Shown here in pieces: positions 11,321-23,310 of a stretch of 64,000 bases of DNA. The notes beneath the pieces were generated by a model, which did not search any database, was not told the DNA's origin, and saw only the letters and a program-made list of their open reading frames with translations. Position numbers and translations under genes: made by a program. Position 1 is the first letter of the stretch; each line of letters begins with the position of its first letter. This DNA comes from Rhodospirillales bacterium (GTDB taxonomy: Bacteria > Pseudomonadota > Alphaproteobacteria > Bin95): the NCBI GenBank assembly GCA_038143065.1, contig JAYQLI010000033.1, forward strand, positions 37,906-101,905, read 5' to 3'.

Positions 11321-11929
11321 TTACCCCAAGCGCCTGAAGCCCATCGATAATATATTGAATTGAAAGCGCCGCCAAGGATGATGGCGGTGATCCGAGAAGA
11401 CCAGCGTAATCCGCGGGTTAATATAAGACTCGGCAAGGCTGGCGATGATCAGAACAAGCGCTGTTGCCAGCATCACCGCCACCATTGCGCCATAGCCGAT
11501 GATCATATTGACATTTTCGGTCGGATTGCTGGCAACCACCATTACCGAGGTAATTGCGGCTGGCCCGGCCAAAAGCGGCGTAGCAAGCGGAAATATCGCG
11601 ATATTATCGTCGGTTGAAACGCTGTCGCTGCCCTGTTCGCGCCGAGCCTGACGTTTATTGGCAAGCATATCAAGCGCCACCAAAAGCAGAATAATGCCGC
11701 CGGCAAGACGAAACGCGGTCAGTGAAATATTGAGGTAATGCAGGATCCACACCCCGCATAGCGCAAAGAATATCATGATTGCACCGGCAACCAGCGAGCC
11801 TTCAAGCGCGGTACGAATTTTCTGACGCTTATTCAAATGGGTTGTGATAGCAAGGAAAATTGGCGCCGTACCAACCGGATCAACCACCACGAAATAAACG
11901 ATAAACGCCGTGATAAAGCTCTCGATCAT
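11321..11929 (-). CDS. MarC family membrane protein
   Basis: FVVVDPVG, AFRLAGGIILL, IAIFPLATPLLAGPAAIT; 3' frameshift. Confidence 0.9.
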   Translation of the reverse strand: MIESFITAFIVYFVVVDPVGTAPIFLAITTHLNKRQKIRTALEGSLVAGAIMIFFALCGVWILHYLNISLTAFRLAGGIILLLVALDMLANKRQARREQGSDSVSTDDNIAIFPLATPLLAGPAAITSVMVVASNPTENVNMIIGYGAMVAVMLATALVLIIASLAESYINPRITLVFSDHRHHPWRRFQFNILSMGFRRLG

Positions 11930-12207
11930 CTTTCTATGCCTCTCTGGCTAATTTCAATAAAGACGGTGTCAAATGAGGCGTTCTGCAATTTTGCCAAAAT
12001 AGGGTTTTGTCGCACCGCGAGTTGACCTGCGCCTTTTTTGCGCTCCTTAAACAAAAGGATATCAAAAATTCAAATAGGATGATATGAAAATCCCCTGTTG
12101 ATATAGAAGTGTTGGTAAAAGCTGGTATGCGGGATGCTTTGCCGGCGAGGGCGCTTTTAGTCCGATCCAGCCCCATAAAGAAATTTCTCGAAAGGCGAGA
12201 TATACGC

Positions 12208-12236
12208 TTGACCTAGGGGCGGCAAACCCATTAAAA
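12208..12236 (+). promoter_or_regulatory. sigma-70 promoter of tRNA-Met
   Basis: TTGACC-17 bp-TTAAAA upstream of a structured leader and the tRNA. Confidence 0.6.
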
Positions 12237-12319
12237 CGTCGCACCGGAGGCGATCAACCGGCTAGCCCCTGAATAGGCCAGCAACAAAGATCGCCAGTGC
12301 CATTCGCAGGCACCGAGAT

Positions 12320-12396
12320 GGCGGAGTAGCTCAGTTGGTTAGAGCAGCGGAATCATAATCCGCGTGTCGGGGGTTCGAGTCCCTCCTCCGCTACCA
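12320..12396 (+). tRNA. tRNA-Met (CAT), elongator type; integration hotspot
   Basis: GGCGGAGTAGCTCAGTTGGTTAGAGCAGCGGAATCATAATCCGCGTGTCGGGGGTTCGAGTCCCTCCTCCGCTACCA; cloverleaf, CAT anticodon, encoded CCA. Confidence 0.97.
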
Positions 12397-12507
12397 TTTC
12401 TTTAAATAGAATCAATGTATTACAGCGCCTCAAAAACTATTTTGGTGTGCTTTTTCCATTACACACCTCTTTACACTTTTTGGTTGGCTTTCAGTCGCTC
12501 AAGACTA
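12397..12507 (+). repeat. att left-arm sequence, copy 1 (copies 2 and 3 at 24426-24537 and 44430-44541)
   Basis: About 110 bp conserved after the intact tRNA-Met and after the partial copies at 24361 and 44388; contains IHF-like AATCAATGTATTA (12410-12422) and tandem ACACAC motifs. Confidence 0.9.
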
Positions 12508-12516
12508 GGGCTGAGT

Positions 12517-12720
12517 CTAACCACGATTGTGAGTTTTAGCGTATAATTCAGCAACGGTACGGCTCGCAGTTTTTTCAAAAAGCGCCGGTATGAATGCATG
12601 GATGATCGCCGCTATCGCTGCAAAAAGTAATTTTCCTGCGAAAGATAGAGCAAACCAACCGTGTTCAATATATGTTTCATTGACTTTCTTTGGATGATCA
12701 AAAAACAACTTTTTAAACAT
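12517..12720 (-). CDS. DUF6356-like small membrane protein
   Basis: FFDHPKKVNETYIEH...IHAFIPALFEKTAS. Confidence 0.7.
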   Translation of the reverse strand: MFKKLFFDHPKKVNETYIEHGWFALSFAGKLLFAAIAAIIHAFIPALFEKTASRTVAELYAKTHNRG

Positions 12721-12844
12721 TTTGCGCCTCCAAACAAAGTGATTTTGCTAAATATATGCCATAAGGCAGTATTTAATTTTTAATAAAATCTTTTAAAATG
12801 CAATATATTTTTAATTTTTAGAGTATGAATGCAAAAATTTTTTA

Positions 12845-13110
12845 GCTAGAAGAAGCATCTATGCTTACCCAGAACCCACACATATGGCCTATAATTGTCT
12901 TTGCCCTTCAAGCAGGCATGAGACGAGGCGAAATCCTTGGTCTGACTTGGGATAACATCACTCTGGAAAGATAGCTTGCTTACCTACCATTGACCAAGAA
13001 TGGGACAAGCAGAGAAGTTCCCTTATCAACAAAAGCAGTTAACGTCCTAAGTAACCAAAGGTCGCGGCAAGACACCTCTACTCCATTTCCAGCGAACGCT
13101 AATGCCTTCA
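12845..13110 (+). pseudogene. tyrosine integrase fragment, inverted relative of 23311-24286
   Basis: GMRRGEILGLTW...LPLTKNGTSREVPLS...PFPANANAF with an internal stop. Confidence 0.85.
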
Positions 13111-14657
13111 CGCCGGGACAGCGTCCGACCAAGGCAGGCATGGCTCAGACCACCTACGCGGTCTGTACCGTCGACCTGAACCGCCGAGATATTTGCGAAC
13201 CAGGAGGGAAAGACCGTACGGTTCGTGAGGTGAACGTCGAACTGGCCGCTCAGCGCTGCAAGCGTTGGAGCATCGAGTTTCTTATCGGCGATCAGAACGC
13301 TCGATCCGCTCATATCGATCCGCGGATGGTGAAGCGCCTGTTCCAGTTCCATGCCGAATTCGGCAACAAAAGTGGCCAACTGCGCTACTGCCGGCATGAT
13401 CCGCCGGCCGCCGGAGGCGCCCAGGCCGAACACGCCACCATCGGGGCGCTCCAGCACGATCGGGCACATGTTTGACAGGCACCGTTTTCCGGGAGCCAGT
13501 GAGTTCGGGCGGCCCGGGCGAGGGTCGAACCAGAAAACGCCGTTGTTCATCAACACGCCACTTTGAGGAAGGTGACCATGGAACCAAACACTGATAGTAG
13601 CGTCTGTGTCTGCGAGACAACCATGCCGTCGCGGTCGACAACCGAGAAATGCGAGGTGCAGCCAATGTCCCGCGCGCCGTCGACATCGCCCATCTTGGAG
13701 AGGCGCGCCTCGTATGCGGTTTCAGCGCGTTCGCCATCGACAGATACCAGTCGGCATCCGGTTCCTTGACGTTGGCGGACGTGGCCGCGTGTTCGCGTAG
13801 GACATGCGCCAGCGTCGGTCCGGCGGACAACTCTGGCATTGCCCAGATCCGGAGTGTTGCGATGCTCAATGGCGAGCGGATTCAAGATTCGACGTGATAA
13901 CCGGAGAGGTCGTCGACATTCAGATCGGATCCCATGGCGCGGGCGTCTGCGGCGATCCGCGCGGCTAGCGGGCCTTCGTAAAAGCTGCGCGGCCCTTCGC
14001 GCATGATGGTCTCTAGCGTCCCAGCCAGCCGCGGCGCAGTCAGACGCGACACGCCGCGTGGCGTCAGCGGCCCGGCCGGCGGCGCCCCGTCGGGGAGGAA
14101 CCATTCGCGCGTCGCGTCATAATTCCTCAGGCTGTGCGCTGCCTGACCAATGACCATCGTGGCGTACCAATCGACAGAGAGCCCCGCCCGCGCTAGGGTC
14201 CACTGCGGGAGCCACTAGCTCCTCCCAGGGTTTGCGACCCCACGGCATGCGCTGTTCCGACTCCGTCAACCGCGCCCGGCACAGCGATGGCCAACGGACC
14301 AGTCATGTTACGGTTGCCTTTGACCGCTGGCCAAGCGAACAGTCCCTCAGCCTCACCTTCCTCCAGCGGATAATCTTCGGGCCGCAGCCAGCGGCGGTGT
14401 GCATGCCGAAATCTACGCTGTTTACCGCGCCGTCCGGGTGGCGCACCACCATCAGACCACCGCCACCGATCCCGCTCATCCACGGCTCGATCCACAAGCG
14501 CGAAGGAGGTTGCGACAGCAGCGTCCATCGCGTTGCCACCCTCTGCCAACACTCGGGCGCCAATCGCTGCGGCTCCGACATGCTGGGCCGCTACCACGCC
14601 GCCTTCGGAGCGTACAATCTTTTTCGACACGGTCTGGTTTGGAGAAAAGTTGCTCAT
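13108..14657 (-). CDS. ggt: gamma-glutamyltransferase family Ntn-hydrolase (frameshifted)
   Basis: GGNAMDAAVA, EPWMSGIGGGG, AVPG, CTSHFSVVDRDG (catalytic Thr), NSLAPGKR, GASGGRRI. Confidence 0.9.
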
Positions 14658-14662
14658 TTTAT

Positions 14663-15628
14663 CTACTTCTGCTCGGCGTCGGGGTGATGGCATCTGACGC
14701 TATGGGCGGCGTTAAGGTTTAGGTCGGGGGGTGGGGTGTTTTGGCACAGGTCGGTGCGGATCGGACAGCGCGCCTCGAATGGGCAGCCGGCGAAGACCTT
14801 AGTGGGGCTGGGCAATTCCCCATGCAGCAGGCGCCGACCGCGGCGGCGGCCAGTCGCCAGACGCGGCGCTGCGTTCAGAAGGGCGCGCGTATAGGGATGG
14901 GCGGGGGCAGCAAACAGGCGCTCAGCAGGGGCCATTTCAACAATCTGGCCGAGATACATCACAGCGATGCGGTCAGATACGTTCTTCACACAGCGAGGTC
15001 GTGGCTGATGAAGATATAGGTCAGGCCGAACTCCGCCTGCAGATCGTTCAGCAGGTTCAGGATTTGCGACTGAACCGAGACGTCCAGCGCGGAGACAGGT
15101 TCGTCGCAGACAACCAGCCGGGGGCGGCGTACCAGTGCTCGTGCGATGGCAAGCCGCTGCCGTTGCCCACCGGAGAATTCATGCGGAAGCCGATCCAGAT
15201 GAGAGGGCCAAGACCCACTGCCTCGAACATCTCACCAACCTTCGCGCGAACCTCGCGCCGCCTGAAGCCGTTCACTAACAGCGGTTCGCCGACGCTTTTC
15301 CATACCCGTCGACGCGGTTGAGAGAGGAGAACGGGTCCTGAAAGATCACCTGCATGTCGTTCCGATCGCGGGCGTGGGCCTCCGGCGAAAGGGTGCGGTC
15401 TTCAAAGAGATTTTACCCTCTTTCGCCTTGAGCAGACCGAGAATGGCGAAGCCAAGCGTGGACTTGCCACAGCCAGATTCGCCTACGACGCCCAGTGTCT
15501 CGCCCTCCCAGACCTCAAAGTCCACTCCATTGACGGCGCGCACTTCGGCGGCGGTCATCCACGGCAACGCTCCACGGACTGGAAGCGGACATGAAGCCCG
15601 CGCACCGGAAAAAGAATCGGGTGGTCAT
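14663..15628 (-). CDS. oligopeptide/dipeptide ABC transporter ATPase (DppF/OppF), frameshifted
   Basis: [33 protein letters not shown]. Confidence 0.9.
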
Positions 15629-16591
15629 AGCGTGAACTCCCCAATCCGGAGGCAGGCGGCGGTATGGTCATCCTTCACCAAGGAAAGGCGGGGAACCTGG
15701 GCACTGCAGGCATCCACCGCATGGGGGCAGCGGGGCGCGAAGCGGCAACCCGGTGGCAAGGCGCCGGGCTCGGGCACGACACCCTCGATCACTTCAAGGC
15801 GGGAGCCGCGCACCGCCTCTAGCGTTGGGATGCTGCGGAGCAGTGCCTGCGGTAGGGATGCGCCGGCGCCGCAAGAACCTCGTCGGTCTTACCAGCCTCG
15901 ACCACCGAGCGGCATACATCTGCCAGCCGGTCGGCACTCTCGACGACCACACCCATGTCATGGGTGATCAGCAAGATGCCTGTACTGGTCTCTTCCTGCA
16001 GGTCCTCCATCAACGTGAGGATTTGCCCCTGGATGGTAACGTCCAGCGCCGTTGTAGGCTCGTCCGCGATCAACAATTGAGGGCGGGCGGCGAGTGCCAC
16101 AGCGATCATCGCGCGCTGGGCCATGCCGCCCGGACAGCTCATAGGGATATTGGTCAGCCGCTGATCCGGGTCTGGAATGCCAACATGGGCCAACATCTCG
16201 CGCGCCGCCTCTCGCAACGCGCGCCGCCCGGTCACGCCGCGCAGCGCAGCGCGCCTCAGCAATCTGGCCACCGACCGTCATCAGCGGGTCGAGCGCCGCA
16301 GAAGGGTCTTGGAAAAATCATACCAATGCGTCGGCCGCGGATGCGCCGCCAACCGGGCTCGTCTAGTCGCACCAAGTCCTCGCCTTTCAGAAGGACCGAC
16401 CCGCCGGAAAAGCGCCCACCCTCCGGCAGCAGCCCGATCAGCGCCAACGCCGTCATCGATTTTCCGCAGCCGGATTCGCCGACCAGCGCCAGGGTCCGCC
16501 CGGCCTCCATCCGAAGGTTAACATCCTGCAGGATACGCCGGCCATAGATGTCGACGGACAGTTCCCGGACATCGAGCAACGGCACTGCCAT
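15625..16591 (-). CDS. oligopeptide/dipeptide ABC transporter ATPase (DppD/OppD), frameshifted
   Basis: [32 protein letters not shown]. Confidence 0.9.
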
Positions 16592-17463
16592 CAGGAAATC
16601 CGTCCGTACTGGATCGAGTAGCATGTCGAATGGGCCGTCGGTGGCACGGCCCTGTTATGCCAGCTGGCGACTTCCGCCGCCGTGGTCCACCGAGACGTCA
16701 TTTTGCGTGCTGATGTGGGTGAACAGTTGGCGCAACATCTCGATCCGGCTGGCGCGGCCAGACATCCAGGGGTGTACGGTGATCGTGAACAGCCCACCCA
16801 TTGCAGTGACGGCGTCGAATTCCCACAGCCACGCCTCCAGCAGCGCGGCGGGGCTGGTCGGTGGGGACGTGTCGCGGCCACCGCCGAAATAGCGGAAAAA
16901 GATCGCGTCATCGATTGGCCAATACACCGGAATCTCGGTCAACCCGTCCAGCCGATAAGGATGATCCATCCCCATCGAGTGGCTATCATAAGCGATCTCG
17001 GGTCTCTTCAGCCGTGCAACCTGATGCGGCGCTAGCTCCATGACGAGCGGAAACCGACCGGCATTCTGCCGCCTTGCGCTGCGTAGATCTCGAGGCTCGG
17101 TCCATCACCTCGTCGAACCTGGCGTTGTGTGGTCTGCATCGCCTCGTGATAGACACCGTGCAGCCCAACCTCATGCCCTTCGGCTCCGAAGCCCAGGCAC
17201 AATCAAGGATAGGCCTCCATCACCGCGCCGGGGACATAGAAACTGCCCCGCGCACCGAACTGCGCCAGCAGGCTCCACTAGCCGCGCTAGGCCGCGACAC
17301 CGTGGCTGAAGCGGCGCTGCTCCAGCTCCCCTAGCCGTTGCGGCGTCTTGCCGCGATTGGCCCATTGATATGGGCTTTCCACGTCCACATCGGCCGAAGA
17401 AAACCACTGCCGCGCGGTAGCCTTCCGGGCCATTCGTAGGGGGAATTCCGGTTCAGTCTTCAC
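16591..17463 (-). CDS. polysaccharide deacetylase family protein (PuuE/HpPgdA-like), frameshifted
   Basis: SADVDVES, YDSHSMGMDHPY, EIPVYWPIDD, TITVHPWMSGRASRI. Confidence 0.8.
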
Positions 17464-18246
17464 GCCATCTGTCCAACCTTTCGCGGATATCGTCAGGGTA
17501 CTGCGCTGCCGCGCCGATGGAGTTGCCGCCATCGACGCTGAGCACCGCGCCGGTGATAAATTCAGCTGCCTCGGGCAGAGGTAGATTATCGCCCCTGGAG
17601 CGTCGCTCGGACCGGAGGCGCGCCCCAGAGGTATGTTGGACATCACCCGGCTAACATGCGCATCAGTCAGCGGGCTGACTTCGGACCCAGGCGGCCCTGG
17701 CTCTACAATATTCACCCGCACACCGAACGGCGCGAATTCCAGCGCCATGCCCTTGGTAATTCGTTCCAGCGCGGTCTTGGAGGCGCAGTAATGCACCGTC
17801 GGCGCGCGCATGTTTCGCGCGGCCCCTGAGCCGATGTGATGATTGAGCCCTTGATCCCCCGGGCTACCATTAGTCGGGCGAAGCCGCGGGAGACGAGAAA
17901 GGGCGCCCGAAGGTTCACCGCGCAGATCCGGTCCCACTCCTCTACCGGCAGGTCGATTAGCAGCGCGGCTGGATAGACGCCAGCATTGTTCACCACGATA
18001 TCGGCACCGTCCCATCTCGCCTCAACATGATCCACCAGCGCGTCGATGGAGCCGGCTTCTGTCAACTCAGTGACGTGCGAGATATGCCCAACGCCCGGCA
18101 GCTTTGAAAGCGCTGGCGCCAGCGCGTCGGCGCGGTTGTCCGACAAACAGATCCGCGCGCCCGCCTCTGCGAAGGCGCGGGAAATCCATGTTCCGAACAC
18201 GCCGCAGGCGCCGGTAACAACCACGTTTTCCATCGAATTGATTCAT
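17460..18246 (-). CDS. short-chain dehydrogenase/reductase, frameshifted
   Basis: VTGACGVFG, VVNNAG, YCASK, GVRVN, IPLGR. Confidence 0.9.
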
Positions 18247-19067
18247 TTTCGCTCACTCCTCAGGTCAAGACGGTCCCGGATCGTATCACCCAGAAGGTTC
18301 ACGCAAGGACCAGGATAAACAGGCACACCGGGATAGTGTGGCGATCCACCAGGCTGTGTTCAGATAGTTGCGCCCGACGCTCATCATTGCGCCAACTCGC
18401 TGTCAGCGCTGGATGCCGAGGCCAGCTCGTCCACGCCTCGAAAAGGATCATAAGGCCAAATTCCAGCGTCGCACCACGGTCAGCGGATTGAGAATGTTGG
18501 GCAGTATATGCCGGGCATCAGCCAGAACGCACCGGCGCCGTGAAACCAGGCCGCGACGACATACGGCCGCGTCGCCACTCCAGCGTCTGGCCATAGGGCG
18601 ACGCGGGTGTAACGCGGCCAACGGGTGAAACCGAGCACGGCGATCAGGCTAAACAGCCCTGGCTCGAGTACGATCACCGCAATAATCGCCAACAATAGCG
18701 CCGGGATCGACAGCACGACGTCCACCAACCGCATGATCACAGTCTCCATCCAGCCGCGGAAATATCCCGCCATGACTCCAAGCGTCGTGCCGAGGACCAG
18801 CGAGACGCAGACCGAAATGAAAGCGCGACGACCAGCGGCACGCGCGCCGTGGTTATCCGGCAAGGTATGTCGCGTCCAAGCTCGTCGGTGCCGAGTAGGT
18901 AGATCACCCCCCAGATCTCGACGCCGGGCGACTTTAGCCGGAGCAGACAGGTCCTGCTTGTTGGGATCGAGCGGTGCAACCAGCGGTGCGAACACTGCAA
19001 TCAGCACGAAGGTGAGCAACAGCAACGACGCTACTGTGGCGCCGACGGGCAGGCGCTGGGACCTCAT
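18243..19067 (-). CDS. peptide ABC transporter permease (DppC/OppC), frameshifted
   Basis: LGTDELGRD, GVMAGYFRGW, IMRLVDVVLSIP. Confidence 0.9.
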
Positions 19068-19983
19068 CGCGCGACCGCCTTGATCCGCGGATCGACAATG
19101 CCATAGAGGATGTCCGCGAGGAAATTCAGCAGGACATAGGTGCCAGCGCCGAGCAGCACAATGGCCTGCACAACAAGGAAATCATTAGCCTGGATTGCCT
19201 GCACTGCTAGCAGCCCCAGGCCGGGCAAGCTGAAGACAGTCTCCACGATCACGGCGCCGGCCAGCAGCATGTTCGCCCAGCTCCAGCGCGGTGATGGAAA
19301 TTAGAGGCACCGCTGCGTTACGCGACACATGCCGCAGCACGATGGACAGGCGCGACTGGCCGCGAGCGTATGCGGCTCGCACGTAATCCTTGCTCATCTC
19401 CTCGACGATGGCGTTGCGAGTGATGCGGGCGAGGTCTCATGGTCAGGCCTGACAAGCAGATCGCCGGAAGCAAGAGCGACACCTTCTGGATCAGCGCCCG
19501 GGGGGCAACCAGTCCAGCGTCACCGCGAACAAGAAGAATCAGAAGGATGCCGGACCAGAATGTCATCTGACTGCGCGCCAGACACCAGCCCCAGCGCTGG
19601 CTTTTCGCTGAGACGACCACGGTTGAGCGCGGCGAAGATACCAATCGGCAGACCCACCAGCAGCGCGATCAGCAGCGCCGCCCGATAGTTCCAGCGTGAA
19701 CCACAACCGATGCCACGATATCGGCGACCGGGATGTTCTGGATGTAAGACGTACCTAAGTCCCCCAACGCAAGTCCGGTTATATAGTCAAGAAACTGGAT
19801 GTAGATCGGGCGGTCAGATCCAAACTGTTCGCGCAGTATCGCAATTTCTTCAGCCGTCGCGCCCTCAGGGACCATTAGAGCCACCGGGTCGCCGGACAGG
19901 TGCTGGATCACGAAGACAAGTGTTGCAACACCGAATAGCGCGAAAGCGGATTGCAGGGAGCGGACGGCGATAAAATACAGCAT
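19064..19983 (-). CDS. peptide ABC transporter permease (DppB/OppB), frameshifted
   Basis: GDPVALM, GDLGTS, DYVRAAYARG, GAVIVETVFSLPGLG. Confidence 0.9.
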
Positions 19984-20046
19984 GGCGGCAGATCAGTTCC
20001 GTCAAGGGGTACGCCCGGCGCTGCGGGTTGCGCCGGGCTATTTGGT

Positions 20047-21536
20047 TCATTCTTTCCAGGTCATGTCCATGACGAAGACTGACTCATTTGCCGTTGGGGA
20101 CCATTTCAGCGCGCTGTTGGCTCCGTAGATCGCCGCCGCTTGGTAGAGCGTGGATCGAGGGGCCTCTTCAAAGATAACCCGGTGCGCCTCCCGATAAGCG
20201 GCCATCCGCTTTGCATCGTCTAGCGTAGACCGGCCCGCTTCCAGATACTTATCAAGCTCCGGATTGGCATATTTCGACCAAACGCTCCCCGAATGGAACA
20301 TCGCGTAGAGAACCCCGTCCGCATCTTGGCAAGCGCAGGACCAGCGGCCAAACACCGTGTCGCCAAAGCCCTCCGGATCGGCGCGGCGCCGACCCAGGAA
20401 CGTCGACATGTCGCTCATCGAAATCTTCAGCGTCACGCCCACATCAGAGAGCTGTTGCTGAATAGCCTGAATGATTCGCTGATCGAAAGGTGGCGCGGTG
20501 ATGATCTCGATCTCCAACCCATCACCAAAACCGGCCTCCGCCAGCAGAGCCCGGGCCTTATCGGGATCGTAGTCATACCACTGCAGCCCTTCGATATAAC
20601 CGAAATGAGCCGGCGTCAGGAGCTGATTGGCAACCTGGCTGTAGCCGCCGAGCAGTGCATCGATAATCAGCTGCCGGTTGATGGAGTGAGCCACAGCCTG
20701 GCGAACCCGCTTGTCCATCAGAGGGCCGTGCTGGACGTTCATCATGAAATAGCCTATACGCTCGGTCGGCGCGCTGCGGACCTCAACGCTGCCGGCGCCC
20801 TGCAACTGCAGCGCGTCGTCTGGGTTCAGGCCGACGATCAGGTCCGCCTTTCCGGTGCGCAGATCCGCGATCCGCGTCGCCGCGTCGGGCACCGCCACAA
20901 ACTCGACCGTTGCGAAGGGAGGTTTACCGCGCCAGTAATTGTCGTTGCGCTCAAGCACGACCTTCACGCCCTTGCGCCATTCGACGAACTTGTATGGTCC
21001 TGAGCCCATCGGGCTCGGAGTTCAGCTGTTCGTCACCCACCTTTTCGGCATAAGCGGCGGAGACGATTGGCAGCTTCACCAACTGCGCAAGCAGCACCGG
21101 GTACGGACCGTCGGTTGTCAGCGTAACCGAATGCGGGCCGTTGGCCACGGCATCGATTATCTTTGAGAACTGGCCAAGCTGTGGGCTCTTGAACCCGGGA
21201 TTGGTGATCCGCTTCACCGAGTAGACCACATCGTCAGCAGTCAGCACTGATCCGTCATGGAAAGTGATGTCGTCTCGCAGCGTGAATTTCATTTCAGTGT
21301 CGCTTAGAGCCTCCCATGTCACAGCGACCTGCGGTGCGATGGCACCAGAGCGTCACAGGTCACGAGGTTATCGTAAATGTTTGCGGTAGACCGTGTAACT
21401 GTCGGGTTCCATTGGCGATGCGGGTCTAGCGTTGATGGCTCCTGCACATTATCGACGACAATAACATCCTTGGCGAGGATCGGCCGCTGAGCGATATTGC
21501 AACCGCCATGGCCAGCAAAATAAGTACTCGTTTCAT
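20047..21536 (-). CDS. ABC transporter substrate-binding protein, family 5, frameshifted
   Basis: Signal peptide, FTLRDDITFHDGS, GSGPYKFVEW, VRQAVAHSINR. Confidence 0.92.
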
Positions 21537-21983
21537 TCTGAGGCTCCTACCATTTTTTCCTTCAGAAAAAAGCGTGTCAGAAAAGCATATATCAAGTCAA
21601 ATTATAATATTTTGTCTTTGGAAACGAACTTTATCTTCGCTAACAATTGGCGATAGGCGATACCGTTGACAAAATGTTTCTTGAACTCGGGTTTTCCGGT
21701 TTTGATCATTGACCGCCCCCAAGCCTAAATTGACGAATGGGTTATAGTTGAATATTTAAAGCGCGGCATATTTTGGGTATTCAACTTAATTGTTTAGCCC
21801 CGGTGTCAGAAGTTATCATCGCCAGCTGTAACAACATCAAAAATGGATAATTAAACACAACACCCAAAACCGCGGCCCTCGGTCCGTGAACCTCAGATAT
21901 TTGCCCTTGTTACTTGGTTCCATATGCCTCGATGGCAGTCCGATTTCATGGTATAATAATACCCTATATACGGGGTATAATTC

Positions 21984-22122
21984 ATGCTTACAAAAGGCAA
22001 CGTTAAAATCGGAATAGAATGGCGTTTTGGGCCTGATTGGCCTGGACAGCGATGTGGGGCAAAGACCCGTCAGGGGACAGCCTGCCGGCGTCCGGCAAAT
22101 AAGAAGAATAGGCGTTGCAGAC
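21984..22122 (+). pseudogene. HGGxSTG-domain (phage-associated) gene fragment truncated by IS
   Basis: RCGAKTRQGTACRRPANKKNRRCRL stops exactly where HGG is expected, at the IS end. Confidence 0.65.
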
Positions 22123-22692
22123 TGTCTAGCCCCATTTTTCAGTGCCACTTATTTTGTCGTTCTCTAATAAGGTTTCGGGGACGGGTGGTCTCATGCCCAA
22201 TGCGTGATGAGGTCTGATCTGGTTATATTATCTGAGCCAGGTATTGATTGCGACCTGAGCTTGTTTTGTGCTGTGGAACCATTCAGCATTAAGCATTTCT
22301 CGTCTAAGCGTTCCGTTAAAGCGTTCGTTATACCCGTTTTCCCATGGGCTGCCTGGATAGATTAGCAGTGGCTGGATGCCGACCCTTTTTAGCCAGTCCT
22401 GGAAGTGGAGCGCAACGAACTCAGGCCCGTTGTCAGAACGTATGAACTCAGGTTTGCCATGTTTCATCAACACTGGGTGCAATGCGTCGAGAACATCGTT
22501 CGCAGTCATCTTAGATCTTACCGCTACGCACAGCGCCTCACGGGTGTATTCATCCAGAACCGTCAGCATTTTGTAACTGCGCCCATTGCTGAGCTTATCG
22601 TGAACGAAGTCGATGGCCCAGATATGGCTGGGGTGTGTGGGCCGCAGCCTTATGACAGAGCTGTCCTGATGATAAAGCCGCCGCCGCTTCAT
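22123..22692 (-). mobile_element. IS3-family transposase (OrfB) remnant with one terminal inverted repeat
   Basis: [39 protein letters not shown]; terminal TGTCTAGCCCCATTTTTCAGTGCCAC. Confidence 0.9.
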
Positions 22693-22932
22693 CCCTACAC
22701 GATGGCGCTTATGTCGGCGATCCCGTCACGTGATCTTGACCGCCCAAGCACGCGTATACGGCTGCAAGGCGATGTCGCAAGCCCGATTAATGTGCCATCG
22801 GGCTGTGCCTTCCACAACCGCTGTCCGTTTGCCCAAGCGCGCTGCAGCAAAGAGCGCCCCGAGTTGGAGCAGATCAGAGACGGTCACTACGCCGCCTGCC
22901 ATTTTGCCGGGCGAATCGAACGCCCATTATAA
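22680..22932 (+). pseudogene. C-terminal fragment of a second peptide-ABC ATPase
   Basis: [14 protein letters not shown]...GCAFHNRCP...AACHF with no Walker motifs. Confidence 0.8.
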
Positions 22933-23310
22933 CGGCAAACAGAGCTGGAGCAACGAACCTCGGAATGACTGGGCTGGGCACAGGCGCAGAGCTTGGACAT
23001 CAGACATGCTATAAAACAACAGTGTGATGGCATTGAGGATGCGCTTTATGACATTAGCCATGATGCTTTGAATTAGCACGCAATAACAAACAACAACTGA
23101 CCCTTTAGCCAATCTTTTGAAAACTGCTATTTAAGGGCGACGCCGGGGGTCAGTGTGTTTTGGTATGGGACCCTTTTACCAAAGAAATACCCCACCGGTA
23201 TTAACCAGCAAGGGCAAGTCTTAAGGGAGGAACACCTTTGCGCAGGTGTCATTTGTTTGGCGTTTAGTTCTTTACCTTCTCTATAGGCAAGAGTCGTGCC
23301 ATGAAACTAT

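Noticed and set aside
13282-21003. Many long antisense/alternate-frame ORFs (e.g. 20293-21003, 15753-16547)
   Set aside because: Shadow ORFs of GC-rich coding sequence on the opposite strand
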